A stretch of 63,273 nt of DNA, counting the filler, from Octopus bimaculoides (Eukaryota), in assembly GCF_001194135.2 (NCBI RefSeq). It is 5 parts of 5 records of this genome, joined end to end, with 100 filler letters (N's around TTAATTAATTAA, not from the genome) between each part and the next. Parts side by side here need not be neighbours in the genome. Positions count along the whole stretch, not along the records: positions 51,925 to 63,273 come from NC_068991.1; 4 more parts are not named here. One strand, written 5' to 3'. Below are positions 52,085 to 63,273 of this stretch, piece by piece (position 1 is the first letter of the stretch; each line of letters opens with the position of its first letter). A model generated the notes under the pieces. That model was not told the origin of the DNA. It saw only the letters and a list, made by a program, of their open reading frames with translations, and made no database searches. Position numbers and translations under genes: made by a program.

Positions 52085-52300
52085 TCTACTCTAGGCACAA
52101 GGCCTTGAACATTTTGAAGGGAAGGGGACTAGTCGATTACATCGACTCCAGTGCGTAACTAGTACTTATTTCATCGATCCCCGAAAGGATGAAAGGCAAA
52201 GTCAACCTCGGCGGAATACGAACTCAGAACGTAGCGGCAGACGAAATACCGCGAAGCATTTCGCCCGGTGTGCCAATGATTCTTCTAGCTCACCACCTTC
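52085..52300 (-). mobile_element. SINE family B copy
   Basis: Head, core and tail all present. Confidence 0.85.
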
Positions 52301-52330
52301 AATAACATCATCAACAACAACAACAACAGC

Positions 52331-52424
<94 letters not shown>

Positions 52425-52578
52425 TGAGCAGCCATAATAACACACATCAGTAAAGATAAAATGATCAACAATGACATCACGGCAGTAGCATCATCATTAT
52501 CAATAACAAGAACATTAACAATAAAGACATCATCAGTAATAAAGATACTACTACTACTACTACTACTACTACTATTAC

Positions 52579-52626
<48 letters not shown>

Positions 52627-53311
52627 CAACAGCAATAAAAATAATAATAAAAATAATATTAATAATAATATTAATAATAATATTAATAATAATAATAATA
52701 ATAATAATAATGATAATAATAATAATTGCAACAGCAACAATTGCACCAACTCAGAAATGCTCTTTCCTGTCACTTCCGTTTTCTCCACCATTCGTAGCCG
52801 TTTTGTTTATTTCTGGTTCCTTTTCTTCATGTTTTTTATTTTATTAATCCCGCGAACTATACCCCCTTTTCACTCCAGACCCTTTAGTATTACCACTATG
52901 ACCTCAGCACCACCACTTTTTTTCTACCACCAATACTACTGTTCTCACCTTTCACCTCATTTCCAAGCTTACCCATCATGCATCTTTATTTTCACCTTTT
53001 TCGATGTTTTATATACAATGCATTTATATATCCACACCCTCAGAGGCGCATTGAAACACATACTAACAATCTATACACTCATAGATACATAGTGCTTGCA
53101 TATACACTCGTTTTTACAATACATGCACAAATATGCACTTGCTTGCATATGAAGAAGCATTGTAAAGCAAAATGACCGTTCATATACTTACTAAAAAACA
53201 CATCTATACATAAAGACACAATATCGCATACTAAACTACGCTGGTGCTCTATTCACGCACAACAAAGATATTCGGTACGTACGCATACACGCTAAAAGGC
53301 AAATGCACGCG

Positions 53312-53363
<52 letters not shown>

Positions 53364-54379
53364 TATATAGAGACACACAATACTGACATGTTATGCACAC
53401 GCTCCCCACTAAACATATACATATATGCAATCCTTTGCCGTATACATGAAAACGAGCGCACACGTATTGTTTTCCTTTTGCACATAAACACACAATCAAC
53501 ATACATATTCACAAGACACATACAGAACATATATGCAAACACGCATGAATACACAAGAGTCAACATGATATACACTCATACATTCACACAAAAACATCAA
53601 AAATTGATATTCAGATATCCTGAGACACGTACTCGTACAATTAACTATTCACACGCACACGCACATGCACACACATCCACACATCCACACGCATGCACGT
53701 ATGCCACTGCTCCCCTCTTAAAACCCACCTAACATGCGCATAAACACGTACACCAAAAAGAATGCGCAGGTACAGCTCTCCTTTCACACTCCCGAAAACA
53801 TACAAAGGACTCGAAATATGCACACACACACATTCACATACGTAAACGAGAGCACATATACACCACGTTTTACACACAACAGAAACAAACACGATACATA
53901 CATACAGAAACAATACACACAACACACACACTCACACGCATACACAGGACACACGCCCACACACAAACATAAACCAAATGTGCACACATACGCTCTCACA
54001 CATTCAACTAAACACGTTAACACGCATACACATCATACCAAAACGCCACACATATGTTACATGCAGCACACATGTATGTAACATGCAACGCACGCGTCTG
54101 GTGTGCAGGCAGCACTTTAAAGCTTTGAAGAGTTTAGACAATGATGGACAATAAAGAACCAGACGTTTGACATAGTTCCGCCATGTTTTTATAATTGTTA
54201 CACGCTGTGTATCACCATGTGAATGGTGGCAGCAGTGGTGGCGGCGGGAAATAGCTGCCATTTTTTATTTTATTTTCATTTATCTTATTGCTGCTTAATT
54301 TTCATTGTAGTTTCTTCGTTTGTGCTTTCTTTTCATTAAATCTATTAACATATTGTGACAGAATCAGTAGGGCGGTGAA

Positions 54380-54940
54380 TTGGTGGCTTCGTTAGAACGC
54401 CGAATAGAATGATTAATAGTACATACTATGGCTTTCTAAGTTCAAATCTTACCGTTGCCAATTCTCCCTTCGATGCTTTCGAGGTCGATAAATAAGATAC
54501 CCATCGAAGAAGAGCGATTGACAGGACTATTAGATCGTCCGATCCGTTGCTTACAGTGTCCTTAACGTTCTGAATCCAAAACTTTGCCGTTCATTCTTCC
54601 GGGATCGATGAAATAAGTGTCAGTTGAGTACGGGGTCGCTGCTAACGACTACCCCCTCCCCCAAATGTCAAGCCTTGTGCCTATAGTAGAAAGGATTGTT
54701 ATTCTTATTCTTCTTATTATTATTAGAGCACCGAGCTGTCAGAATCGTTAGCACTGCAGACAAAATGTTGAGCGGTATTTCGTCCATTTTTTTTAGATTT
54801 TGTGTTAAAAATTCGCCGAGATGAACTTTTGCCTTTCATGCTTCGAGATCGATGAAATAAAGTAACAGTTCAGCGCTCGGTTCCATGTAATCGACACCTC
54901 CCATCCCGTAAATCTTCTGGTTTCGTGCCAATATTTGACA
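54380..54940 (+). mobile_element. Three degenerate tandem SINE family B copies
   Basis: Repeated head and GTCGATAAATAAG/GATCGATGAAATAAG core blocks. Confidence 0.65.
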
Positions 54941-56825
54941 TCATTATCATGATAATCGTTGTTTTTTGTTTCTGTTGTGCTTTATTTTAGTATTTTACTT
55001 TACTTGTTTACATTTCTGATAATTGCTACCCCTCCCACTTTATCTTGAACCGTATCTTTTTGCGTTAGGAACTGTTTTGTTGTTTTTATGCTTTCATGTT
55101 GATTATTTTTTTATTGCTACAAATCTTGTTGTTATTACTACTGGTGGCGAAGTTGTTATTGCTATTGCTGTTATCACTACCGCTGTTCTTATCGCTATTA
55201 TTGTTGTTATTACTATTGTGTTGTTGTTATTACTATTGATGTCATTATAGTTATTACCGTTTTCATTACTGTTGCTGCCGCTGTTATTCCTATCGCAGTT
55301 GTTTCATGTTATAAATTTTTGATATTACTATTACTGTTGTGATTAATGCTATTACTGTTAGTAGTATCAACTGTTGTAATCGACATTATCGTTATTACTA
55401 TTCATCTTGTTTTTGTTGATAATGCTGTTATTAATATTAACTGTTGTAATCATTATTATCATTATTATTATTGTTGTCGTTGTTACTACTATTGTTGTTA
55501 TTTTTATTATTATCGATATGACTCTTCTTGTAATTGCTATCACTGTTGTGATTGTTATTACTATTCTTGTTATTGTTGTTATTGCTACTGCCTGTTTTTA
55601 TTGTTTGTTGTTTTCGTTTTGTAGGTTGCGTTTTGTTTTCTTTTTTCCTTGTAACCTTAACTCTCGCCTCCTCAACAGGCACATACAAATATAGACACAC
55701 ACAGAAACACACACAACCAAATATCCTTTCAAATACAGAAATACACACATACATAATGACTCAGAAATATGTACATACATAGACATAAACATATATGCAT
55801 ACACACAGAAACACACACAACCAAATATCCTTTCAAATACAGAAATACACGCATACATAATGACTCAGAAATATGTACATACATACACATAAAAATATAT
55901 GCATACACACACAAAATATACATATACATTCTGAGATGCACAGAATGATAAACATACACACGCACACAAACACACACACACACATACATATACAAGCACA
56001 GAAAGATACCCAATATACACACAGAGAAATATATACATACATGCATGCATAGAAAGATGCTAATAGTCACACATACGAAGATACAGACTTAGACACGGGC
56101 ACGNNNNNNNNNNNNNNNNNNNNNNNNNNNNNNNNNNNNNNNNNNNNNNNNNNNNNNNNNNNNNNNNNNNNNNNNNNNNNNNNNNNNNNNNNNNNNNNNN
56201 NNNNNNNNNNNNNNNNNNNNNNNNNNNNNNNNNNNNNNNNNNNNNNNNNNNNNNNNNNNNNNNNNNNNNNNNNNNNNNNNNNNNNNNNNNNNNNNNNNNN
56301 NNNNNNNNNNNNNNNNNNNNNNNNNNNNNNNNNNNNNNNNNNNNNNNNNNNNNNNNNNNNNNNNNNNNNNNNNNNNNNNNNNNNNNNNNNNNNNNNNTAT
56401 ATATACTGACATACAGGCGCAGAAATGTACATATTCATGTACGCAGAGAAATATACGCATACATACGCGCGTGGGTATATGTGTTTCTGTCTGTACGTGT
56501 CTGTGTATGCATCAGTAAATTTATGATTCCTTCCTTGTATATGTGAGGGAACTTGTAGCAATATGATTGTTTCTACGCGTTTGCATATCTATGTATTTAC
56601 ATTTGCACATATACCCAAGCGCGCACGCACGCACACAGACACAGTGAAACGCAAACACACACATGCTACCGAACACATAGACACTGTGACACAAAATACT
56701 TGCCCCTCCTTGCCCCACTCTCTCTTTCTCTCTCTCTCTTCTCCAGCATATCTCTCTTTATACTCGACATCTTTGTCTCGCTTCTCTAACATTTTTCTCT
56801 CGGTTCTCTCTTTCTCTCGAACATG

Positions 56826-56861
<36 letters not shown>

Positions 56862-57466
56862 TCTCTCCCTCACTCACACATATACATATCACAAAAACCA
56901 ATCAACTCACTCGTACATTTACACACATGATTGATCACACACACACACACACACAAACACAAACACAGACGTATACAACATACTGTCTCGTAAACAGACA
57001 GTAAAAGAAGGCCAGTCCCAAAGGCCAGTTAACACACTTACGCACCTCGTTCGTTCATGCATATACACGCACACACATACATACGCAGACACACTCATAC
57101 GAACCGTGAAACACTCACTCTCACATGTATGTGACAAAAGAACATTTCACACATTCTGCTTCCCCACCTCTCTCTCTCTTTCTCTCTCTCACTCTCTCAC
57201 ACACACACACTTTTCAACTTTGACTCCTTCCTAATTGATATTATTTTTCTACCAGGTTGTTATTTTTTATAGCCATTGTCGCTAATTANNNNNNNNNNNN
57301 NNNNNNNNNNNNNNNNNNNNNNNNNNNNNNNNNNNNNNNNNNNNNNNNNNNNNNCACAGCACAGTGAAACAACCACATACACACTACAATAGGACGTTTA
57401 TATATAATCTACCTCCTTCCCTCTTTCTATCTTCCTCCCGTCTTCTTCCGTCTTCCCCTTCCCCTC

Positions 57467-57511
<45 letters not shown>

Positions 57512-57980
57512 ACTCTCTCACACACACACACTTTTCAACTTTGACTCCTTCCTAATTGATATTATTTTTCTACCAGGTTGTTATTTTTTATAGCCATTGT
57601 CGCTAATTATATTGGTCAATTGTCATCATTCGTGTTTATTGCTGTCGTCTTTATGTCACTGCACTCGTCACTCATGTTCTTCTTCTTCTTCTTCTTCATA
57701 TTGTTGTTGCTATTGTTGTTTTGTTGTTTCTAATTCCTTGTTGTTGCTGTCGTTGTAATTGCTGTTTTGTAAGTAGTTCATATCGCTTCAGCACTCACCA
57801 GTGATGTTGTTTAGCTGCCGGTGTAGCCCTCCCTGTTGCTGTTGTTGTTGTGGGTTAGATCCAGGTCGGATTGGATAAAAAGAAAACTATGGACAGAGGC
57901 ATTCCAATGGTGACCAACCCATTTTTGTATGGGCATTGTATGCCCCAACATTTAGCTGATATCCACTTTTAAGACGTTAA

Positions 57981-58951
57981 TACGAGGGAGTGCCCAAAAT
58001 TAACCGAAAACGTTCTTTGTGGGACAAACCCATTGTAGTTCAGGCTTCTGCCGCTAGAAGCCACCTGATCTGACCCTCAGGAATCAGTCTGCCAACCGGC
58101 GTTTCCTCCTGGGGTCACACTGCCACGTGTGTGTCTTTGTTTTGCAGTGTTTCTCTCTTGTTCGTCGATTTCTGCGATGGCTGAAACGAAGAAACGGCAT
58201 GCTTCCGCGAACTTCTGTTCTCTGCTGGGGAAAACGGCGACAGAAACATTTGTCATGCTTCAAACATCTTACAAAGACGCTGTCATAAGCAAAATACAAC
58301 TTTACCGAGTGGTTTCCACGTTTTAGAAATGGTTACTTGTCGCTTGAAGACCAACCTCGAAGGAGGAACGTCAACCTCCCGAACGAATGAAAATCGTTAA
58401 CCTTTAAATTGTTTCAGCTTCAAAAGCTGTGGTCATATTGGGGCACCAGAAAATTCATGAACTGATCTTGGAGGACCGTCACTGAACAATTGACGAACTT
58501 GTTGATATGACTGGTGTATACATTGTTTCCTGCCAACGAATTTTCAGCGAGGAATTGCGAATGAAAAGGGTTGCAGCACAATTTGTGCCTCATTTGCTCA
58601 GGGAATATCAAAAACAGTCACGAGTAAATGCGTATCGTGAATTGAAAGCACAGTTGGAAGTTGATCCGGACCTTTTTTGTCGAAGGTCATCACTGGTGAT
58701 GAAAGCTGGTGATAAGGAATTTGCAGATGTGAAAGAGGTGAAGACAAAAAAAAAAAAAAAAAAACGACGGAGGCGTTGAAAGGCATCGCTTCGCAAGAGT
58801 TCTAGTACTACTTCGAATAGTGGAAAATGTGTCTGGACCGATGCATTGCTTCAAATGGAAAATACTTTGAAGGCGATAAAAGTGTAAACATTTAAAACTA
58901 AGTGAGTAAAATAATATTGCAAAATTCCGTTTCTTTTCGGTACTCATCGTA
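57981..58951 (+). mobile_element. Internally deleted mariner
   Basis: NFCSLLGKTATETFVMLQ, MKRVAAQFVPHLL, RSSLVMK, FEGD end; TACGAG...CCG termini that are only partly complementary. Confidence 0.8.
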
Positions 58952-60618
58952 CATGACTTCTAACCTGATCAGGTAAAAATTATCTCGGTATTGTTTGCGG
59001 TAGTGGTGGTGGTGGTGGTGGTCGTCGTCGTCGTCGTCGTGTCTCTCTATCTAATCCAATATGTATCTCTATTTAAAACTCCTTAATTTTTTTTAATGGT
59101 CAAGCTGTATATGTATGTACGTTCTAAATTACCAAATAAGGAGATATATGCTTTTTCAAATTCATATTTAATTTTTACTCAACCATTAATTCTCCTTTCG
59201 ACTTAAGATTTTTAGTAAATTGGTGGTTGGTTTTAGCATTTGGGAATAATTTCTAGTTAATAAAATTATTAATTTTAGTATTTTTTGTAAATAATTGATC
59301 AAATATTCATAGACAAAAATAGGTGTTATACGACGTAATTAATTATCTAGCCACAGCTTGATATATTTTTTAAGATTTCTAAATGAATTCTATACGAGTA
59401 AAGATATCTAAAAGGGAATTACTTTTGTGATAATCTTATATATAATCAAATATAGAGCGATTTAGTATATAAGAAAGGTTTTTTTTTTTGTTAATGTATG
59501 TAGAAATAGCTGTTATTATAGTTGTGTATATTTTTGTGTATATTTTCATAGAGAGGTTCGCAAACCAAATATAATCGGTGTAATTTTAAGTAATTTAGGG
59601 GCGACAACAATTAATATACCTGGAAATTCTCAGATGTGCTTCAAAGGGACACAGCTTGGATTACAAAGTACATCTGACTAATATATATATATATANNNNN
59701 NNNNNNNNNNNNNNNNNNNNNNNNNNNNNNNNNNNNNNNNNNNNNNNNNNNNNNNNNNNNNNNNNNNNNNNNNNNNNNNNNNNNNNNNNNNNNNNNNNNN
59801 NNNNNNNNNNNNNNNNNNNNNNNNNNNNNNNNNNNNNNNNNNNNNNNNNNNNNNNNNNNNNNNNNNNNNNNNNNNNNNNNNNNNNNNNNNNNNNNNNNNN
59901 NNNNNNNNNNNNNNNNNNNNNNNNNNNNNNNNNNNNNNNNNNNNNNNNNNNNNNNNNNNNNNNNNNNNNNNNNNNNNNNNNNNNNNNNNNNNNNNNNNNN
60001 NNNNNNNNNNNNNNNNNNNNNNNNNNNNNNNNNNNNNNNNNNNNNNNNNNNNNNNNNNNNNNNNNNNNNNNNNNNNNNNNNNNNNNNNNNNNNNNNNNNN
60101 NNNNNNNNNNNNNNNNNNNNNNNNNNNNNNNNNNNNNNNNNNNNNNNNNNNNNNNNNNNNNNNNNNNNNNNNNNNNNNNNNNNNNNNNNNNNNNNNNNNN
60201 NNNNNNNNNNNNNNNNNNNNNNNNNNNNNNNNNNNNNNNNNNNNNNNNNNNNNNNNNNNNNNNNNNNNNNNNNNNNNNNNNNNNNNNNNNNNNNNNNNNN
60301 NNNNNNNNNNNNNNNNNNNNNNNNNNNNNNNNNNNNNNNNNNNNNNNNNNNNNNNNNNNNNNNNNNNNNNNNNNNNNNNNNNNNNNNNNNNNNNNNNNNN
60401 NNNNNNNNNNNNNNNNNNNNNNNNNNNNNNNNNNNNNNNNNNNNNNNNNNNNNNNNNNNNNNNNNNNNNNNNNNNNNNNNNNNNNNNNNNNNNNNNNNNN
60501 NNNNNNNNNNNNNNNNNNNNNNNNNNNNNNNNNNNNNNNNNNNNNNNNNNNNNNNNNNNNNNNNNNNNATATATATATATATATATACTCGCACATACTT
60601 ATGAGAGAAATAGAAAAA

Positions 60619-60668
<50 letters not shown>

Positions 60669-60799
60669 GTATTTGCATATATATGTACGTTTCTATGTAA
60701 ATATATATATACTTATACATATATAAAGCAACAATAATGCAAGCAATAACAACAACAATAATAATAATAATAATAAAGTAAGGAAAATTAATACAAATA

Positions 60800-61975
60800 A
60801 CCACAAAATACGAACAAAACGAAAATAACTGTTTTGAATCTTTAAGGAAGCTAACAAAAACAAGAAGTCATTGTACCTAACAACTATGAAGAAAAAGAAG
60901 AAACATCAAAAGCTATAAAACGACTGAAATCCAAACTAAAACTGAAACACCAACGGATCATGATAACCTGATGGTAAGAAAAGCTCTTCATGGCAAATAC
61001 TGGATTGAACTAAACAGAAAAGAAATAAGTAAAATCCCAACAATGGCTGAGAAGCTCAGGACTCAAAGCAGAGACTGAAGAATTATTAATTGCAGCACAA
61101 GATCAAAGGCTTCCCTCCAGAAATGACCAAAAATATGTAATAAAAAGAAATACAAGTAACTGCAGAATATGTGGAGGTGGAGACGAAACAATAAATCATA
61201 TTGTTTCTGGCAGCCAAGTCCTGGCTAAGAAGAAATATACTTACAACACTATGGAATAGCAACAGAAAAAAGGTGGTATAGGCATACGCCAGAAAAGGTC
61301 ACAGAAAATGAGAAAGCAACCATACTCTGGGATATGCTAATATACACAGATAGAGAAAGTAAGGCTAATAGACCAGATATAGTTGTTAGAGATCACCAAG
61401 GAAAGAAAAACTTTCTAATCGATGTGCCAATATCAACAGATGACAACATATCTCTAAAAGAAACGGAGAAACTTTCAAAATACAAGGATCTGAAAATAGA
61501 AGTAACTCGAATGTGGAATCTAAAAACAGAAACAATTCCTAACATAGTAGGCGCAATCGGTATGATAAAATAATATTCAGACAAATACATAACAAAAACA
61601 CCAGGACTTACAAATATATATAACATACAGAAAATTGCACTACTGGGTACTGCACACATTCTACGNNNNNNNNNNNNNNNNNNNNNNNNNNNNNNNNNNN
61701 NNNNNNNNNNNNNNNNNNNNNNNNNNNNNNNNNNNNNNNNNNNNNNNNNNNNNNNNNNNNNNNNNNNNNNNNNNNNNNNNNNNNNNNNNNNNNNNNNNNN
61801 NNNNNNNNNNNNNNNNNNNNNNNNNNNNNNNNNNNNNNNNNNNNNNNNNNNNNNNNNNNNNNNNNNNNNNNNNNNNNNNNNNNNNNNNNNNNNNNNNNNN
61901 NNNNNNNNNNNNNNNNAGAGCTGCTCTCGGTTGTGCAGTGAAAGCATGTGATAAAAATAAGACTACTGAATGATA
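60800..61975 (+). mobile_element. R4/Dong-like 3' fragment (third family)
   Basis: WLRSSGLKAETE, CRICGGGDETINHIVSG, WDMLIYTDRESKANRPDIVV..IDVPIS, KYKDL; 3' UTR runs into (TAA)n. Confidence 0.85.
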
Positions 61976-61980
61976 ATAAC

Positions 61981-62070
<90 letters not shown>

Positions 62071-62154
62071 AAGAAGAAGAAGAAGAAGAAGAGGAGGAGG
62101 ACGTGGACGAGAACGAGGAGGAGGAGGAGGAGGGGGAGGCCAAGACAGACACAG

Positions 62155-62941
62155 ACGACCGGTGGCTATGGTGAGTAGGAGTGACCTGAAGATAGAGATA
62201 GAATCATTTATATGCGCAACTCAAGAACAAGTGTTAAGGACCAACTATGTGAAGTACAGAATAGACAACACTACCGATCGCGACAAATTCAGAATGTGTG
62301 GTGAGGGGGGCGAAAAGGTATGGCACATCGTTAGTGAATGCCCGAAATTGGCACAACGCGAATACAAACGACGCCCTGACAATATGGCATGAATGATGCA
62401 TTGAGAGCTCTGTGGAAATCACGGCCTATAAAGAGAAGAGACGTGGTATGAGAAAACCTTAGAAATAGTCACCGAGAATGAGAATTGCAAAATCCTGTGG
62501 GATGCAATGATCCAATGCGATCACCCGACCAGACATCGGAAACCGGACATTGTTGTGATGAATATAAAAGAAAGAACATGCGTGATAATCGACATAGCAT
62601 GCTCGGTGACAACAGGATTAAAGAGAAAGAAGAAGAAAAAATAAGCAACTATGACGATTTGAAGTGGAAAATACGAAGGTTGTGTTCAATGAAGAGAGTA
62701 GACGTGATACTAATAGTAATTGGTGCACTTAGAAGTATCGGCACTCAACTACCAATTTGGTTGAAGAAGATTGATACATGTGTGAAGGTAGAACACCTAC
62801 AAAAATCAGCATTGTCTGGAACAGCATGAATTTTTCGTAGGGTTCTTGAACCATGACCAGTAAAGAGGTGTCATCTTACTCTGCTAGCTGTGGACAGCTA
62901 ACGCTGTCCATCATACCCAGTGAAATAAGCTGTGAGTTTGC

Positions 62942-62942
<1 letters not shown>
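62155..62942 (+). mobile_element. R4/Dong-like 3' fragment (fourth family)
   Basis: DLKIEIESFICATQEQVLRTN, RMCGEGGEKVWHIVSEC, ILWDAMIQCDH..RKPDIVV..IIDIAC, VIGALR; ends directly at (TAA)n 62942-63008. Confidence 0.88.
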
Positions 62943-63009
<67 letters not shown>

Positions 63010-63273
63010 TTTTTTAAAAAAGGATTGACGTAACTCTTCACGAAGGTAAATAGTCAAAACGAAGAGCGCGATTTTAGATGTTTTATTTTTTGAACAACAT
63101 TTCGACAGAACGTCTGTCTTTCTCAAGTTCAAACCAAAAGGTGATTGAAAATTCAAAATTTCAGAAACCAAACGTAAACTATGAACGTGAGTAATCAGCG
63201 TCCATACGTTGATAGAATGACATCATCAGCTTTTGTCAGTTTTTTAATAAGCAGAAAGAAAGAAAGAAAGAAA

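Noticed and set aside
55685-55885. ~116-bp tandem duplication in CA-rich sequence
   Set aside because: Ordinary local slippage duplication in low-complexity DNA.

Overview
This is an AT-rich, gap-rich, repeat-dense eukaryotic scaffold. The SINE, MITE and microsatellite repertoire looks like a coleoid cephalopod, probably Octopus; that is inferred from recalled repeat families, not from a database search. I could not confidently identify any host protein-coding gene, rRNA, true tRNA gene or CRISPR array. Nearly all long ORFs in the track are microsatellite or N-gap artefacts. Real content: (1) four decayed restriction-like-endonuclease (RLE) non-LTR retrotransposons of the R4/Dong type, one near full length; (2) RTE, CR1 and L1/Tx1 LINE relics; (3) mariner relics and many MITEs or foldbacks; (4) more than 20 tRNA-derived SINE copies of several modular families; (5) artificial 100-bp scaffolding spacers. 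The most interesting signal is a possible microsatellite-targeting retroelement community. A near full-length R4/Dong-like element sits between (TACA)n tracts rather than the TAA repeats known for Dong. Two other families are stacked at (TAA)n, a non-coding ~490-bp element lies between (TAA)n tracts, and a zinc-finger LINE tail lies between (TATG)n tracts. Also notable are a MULE-like MITE carrying a telomeric (TAACCC)n array, hammerhead-like motifs, and a weak chain of candidate minus-strand exons at 1.6-8.2 kb. Element boundaries are read by eye and are approximate unless a TSD or junction is quoted.
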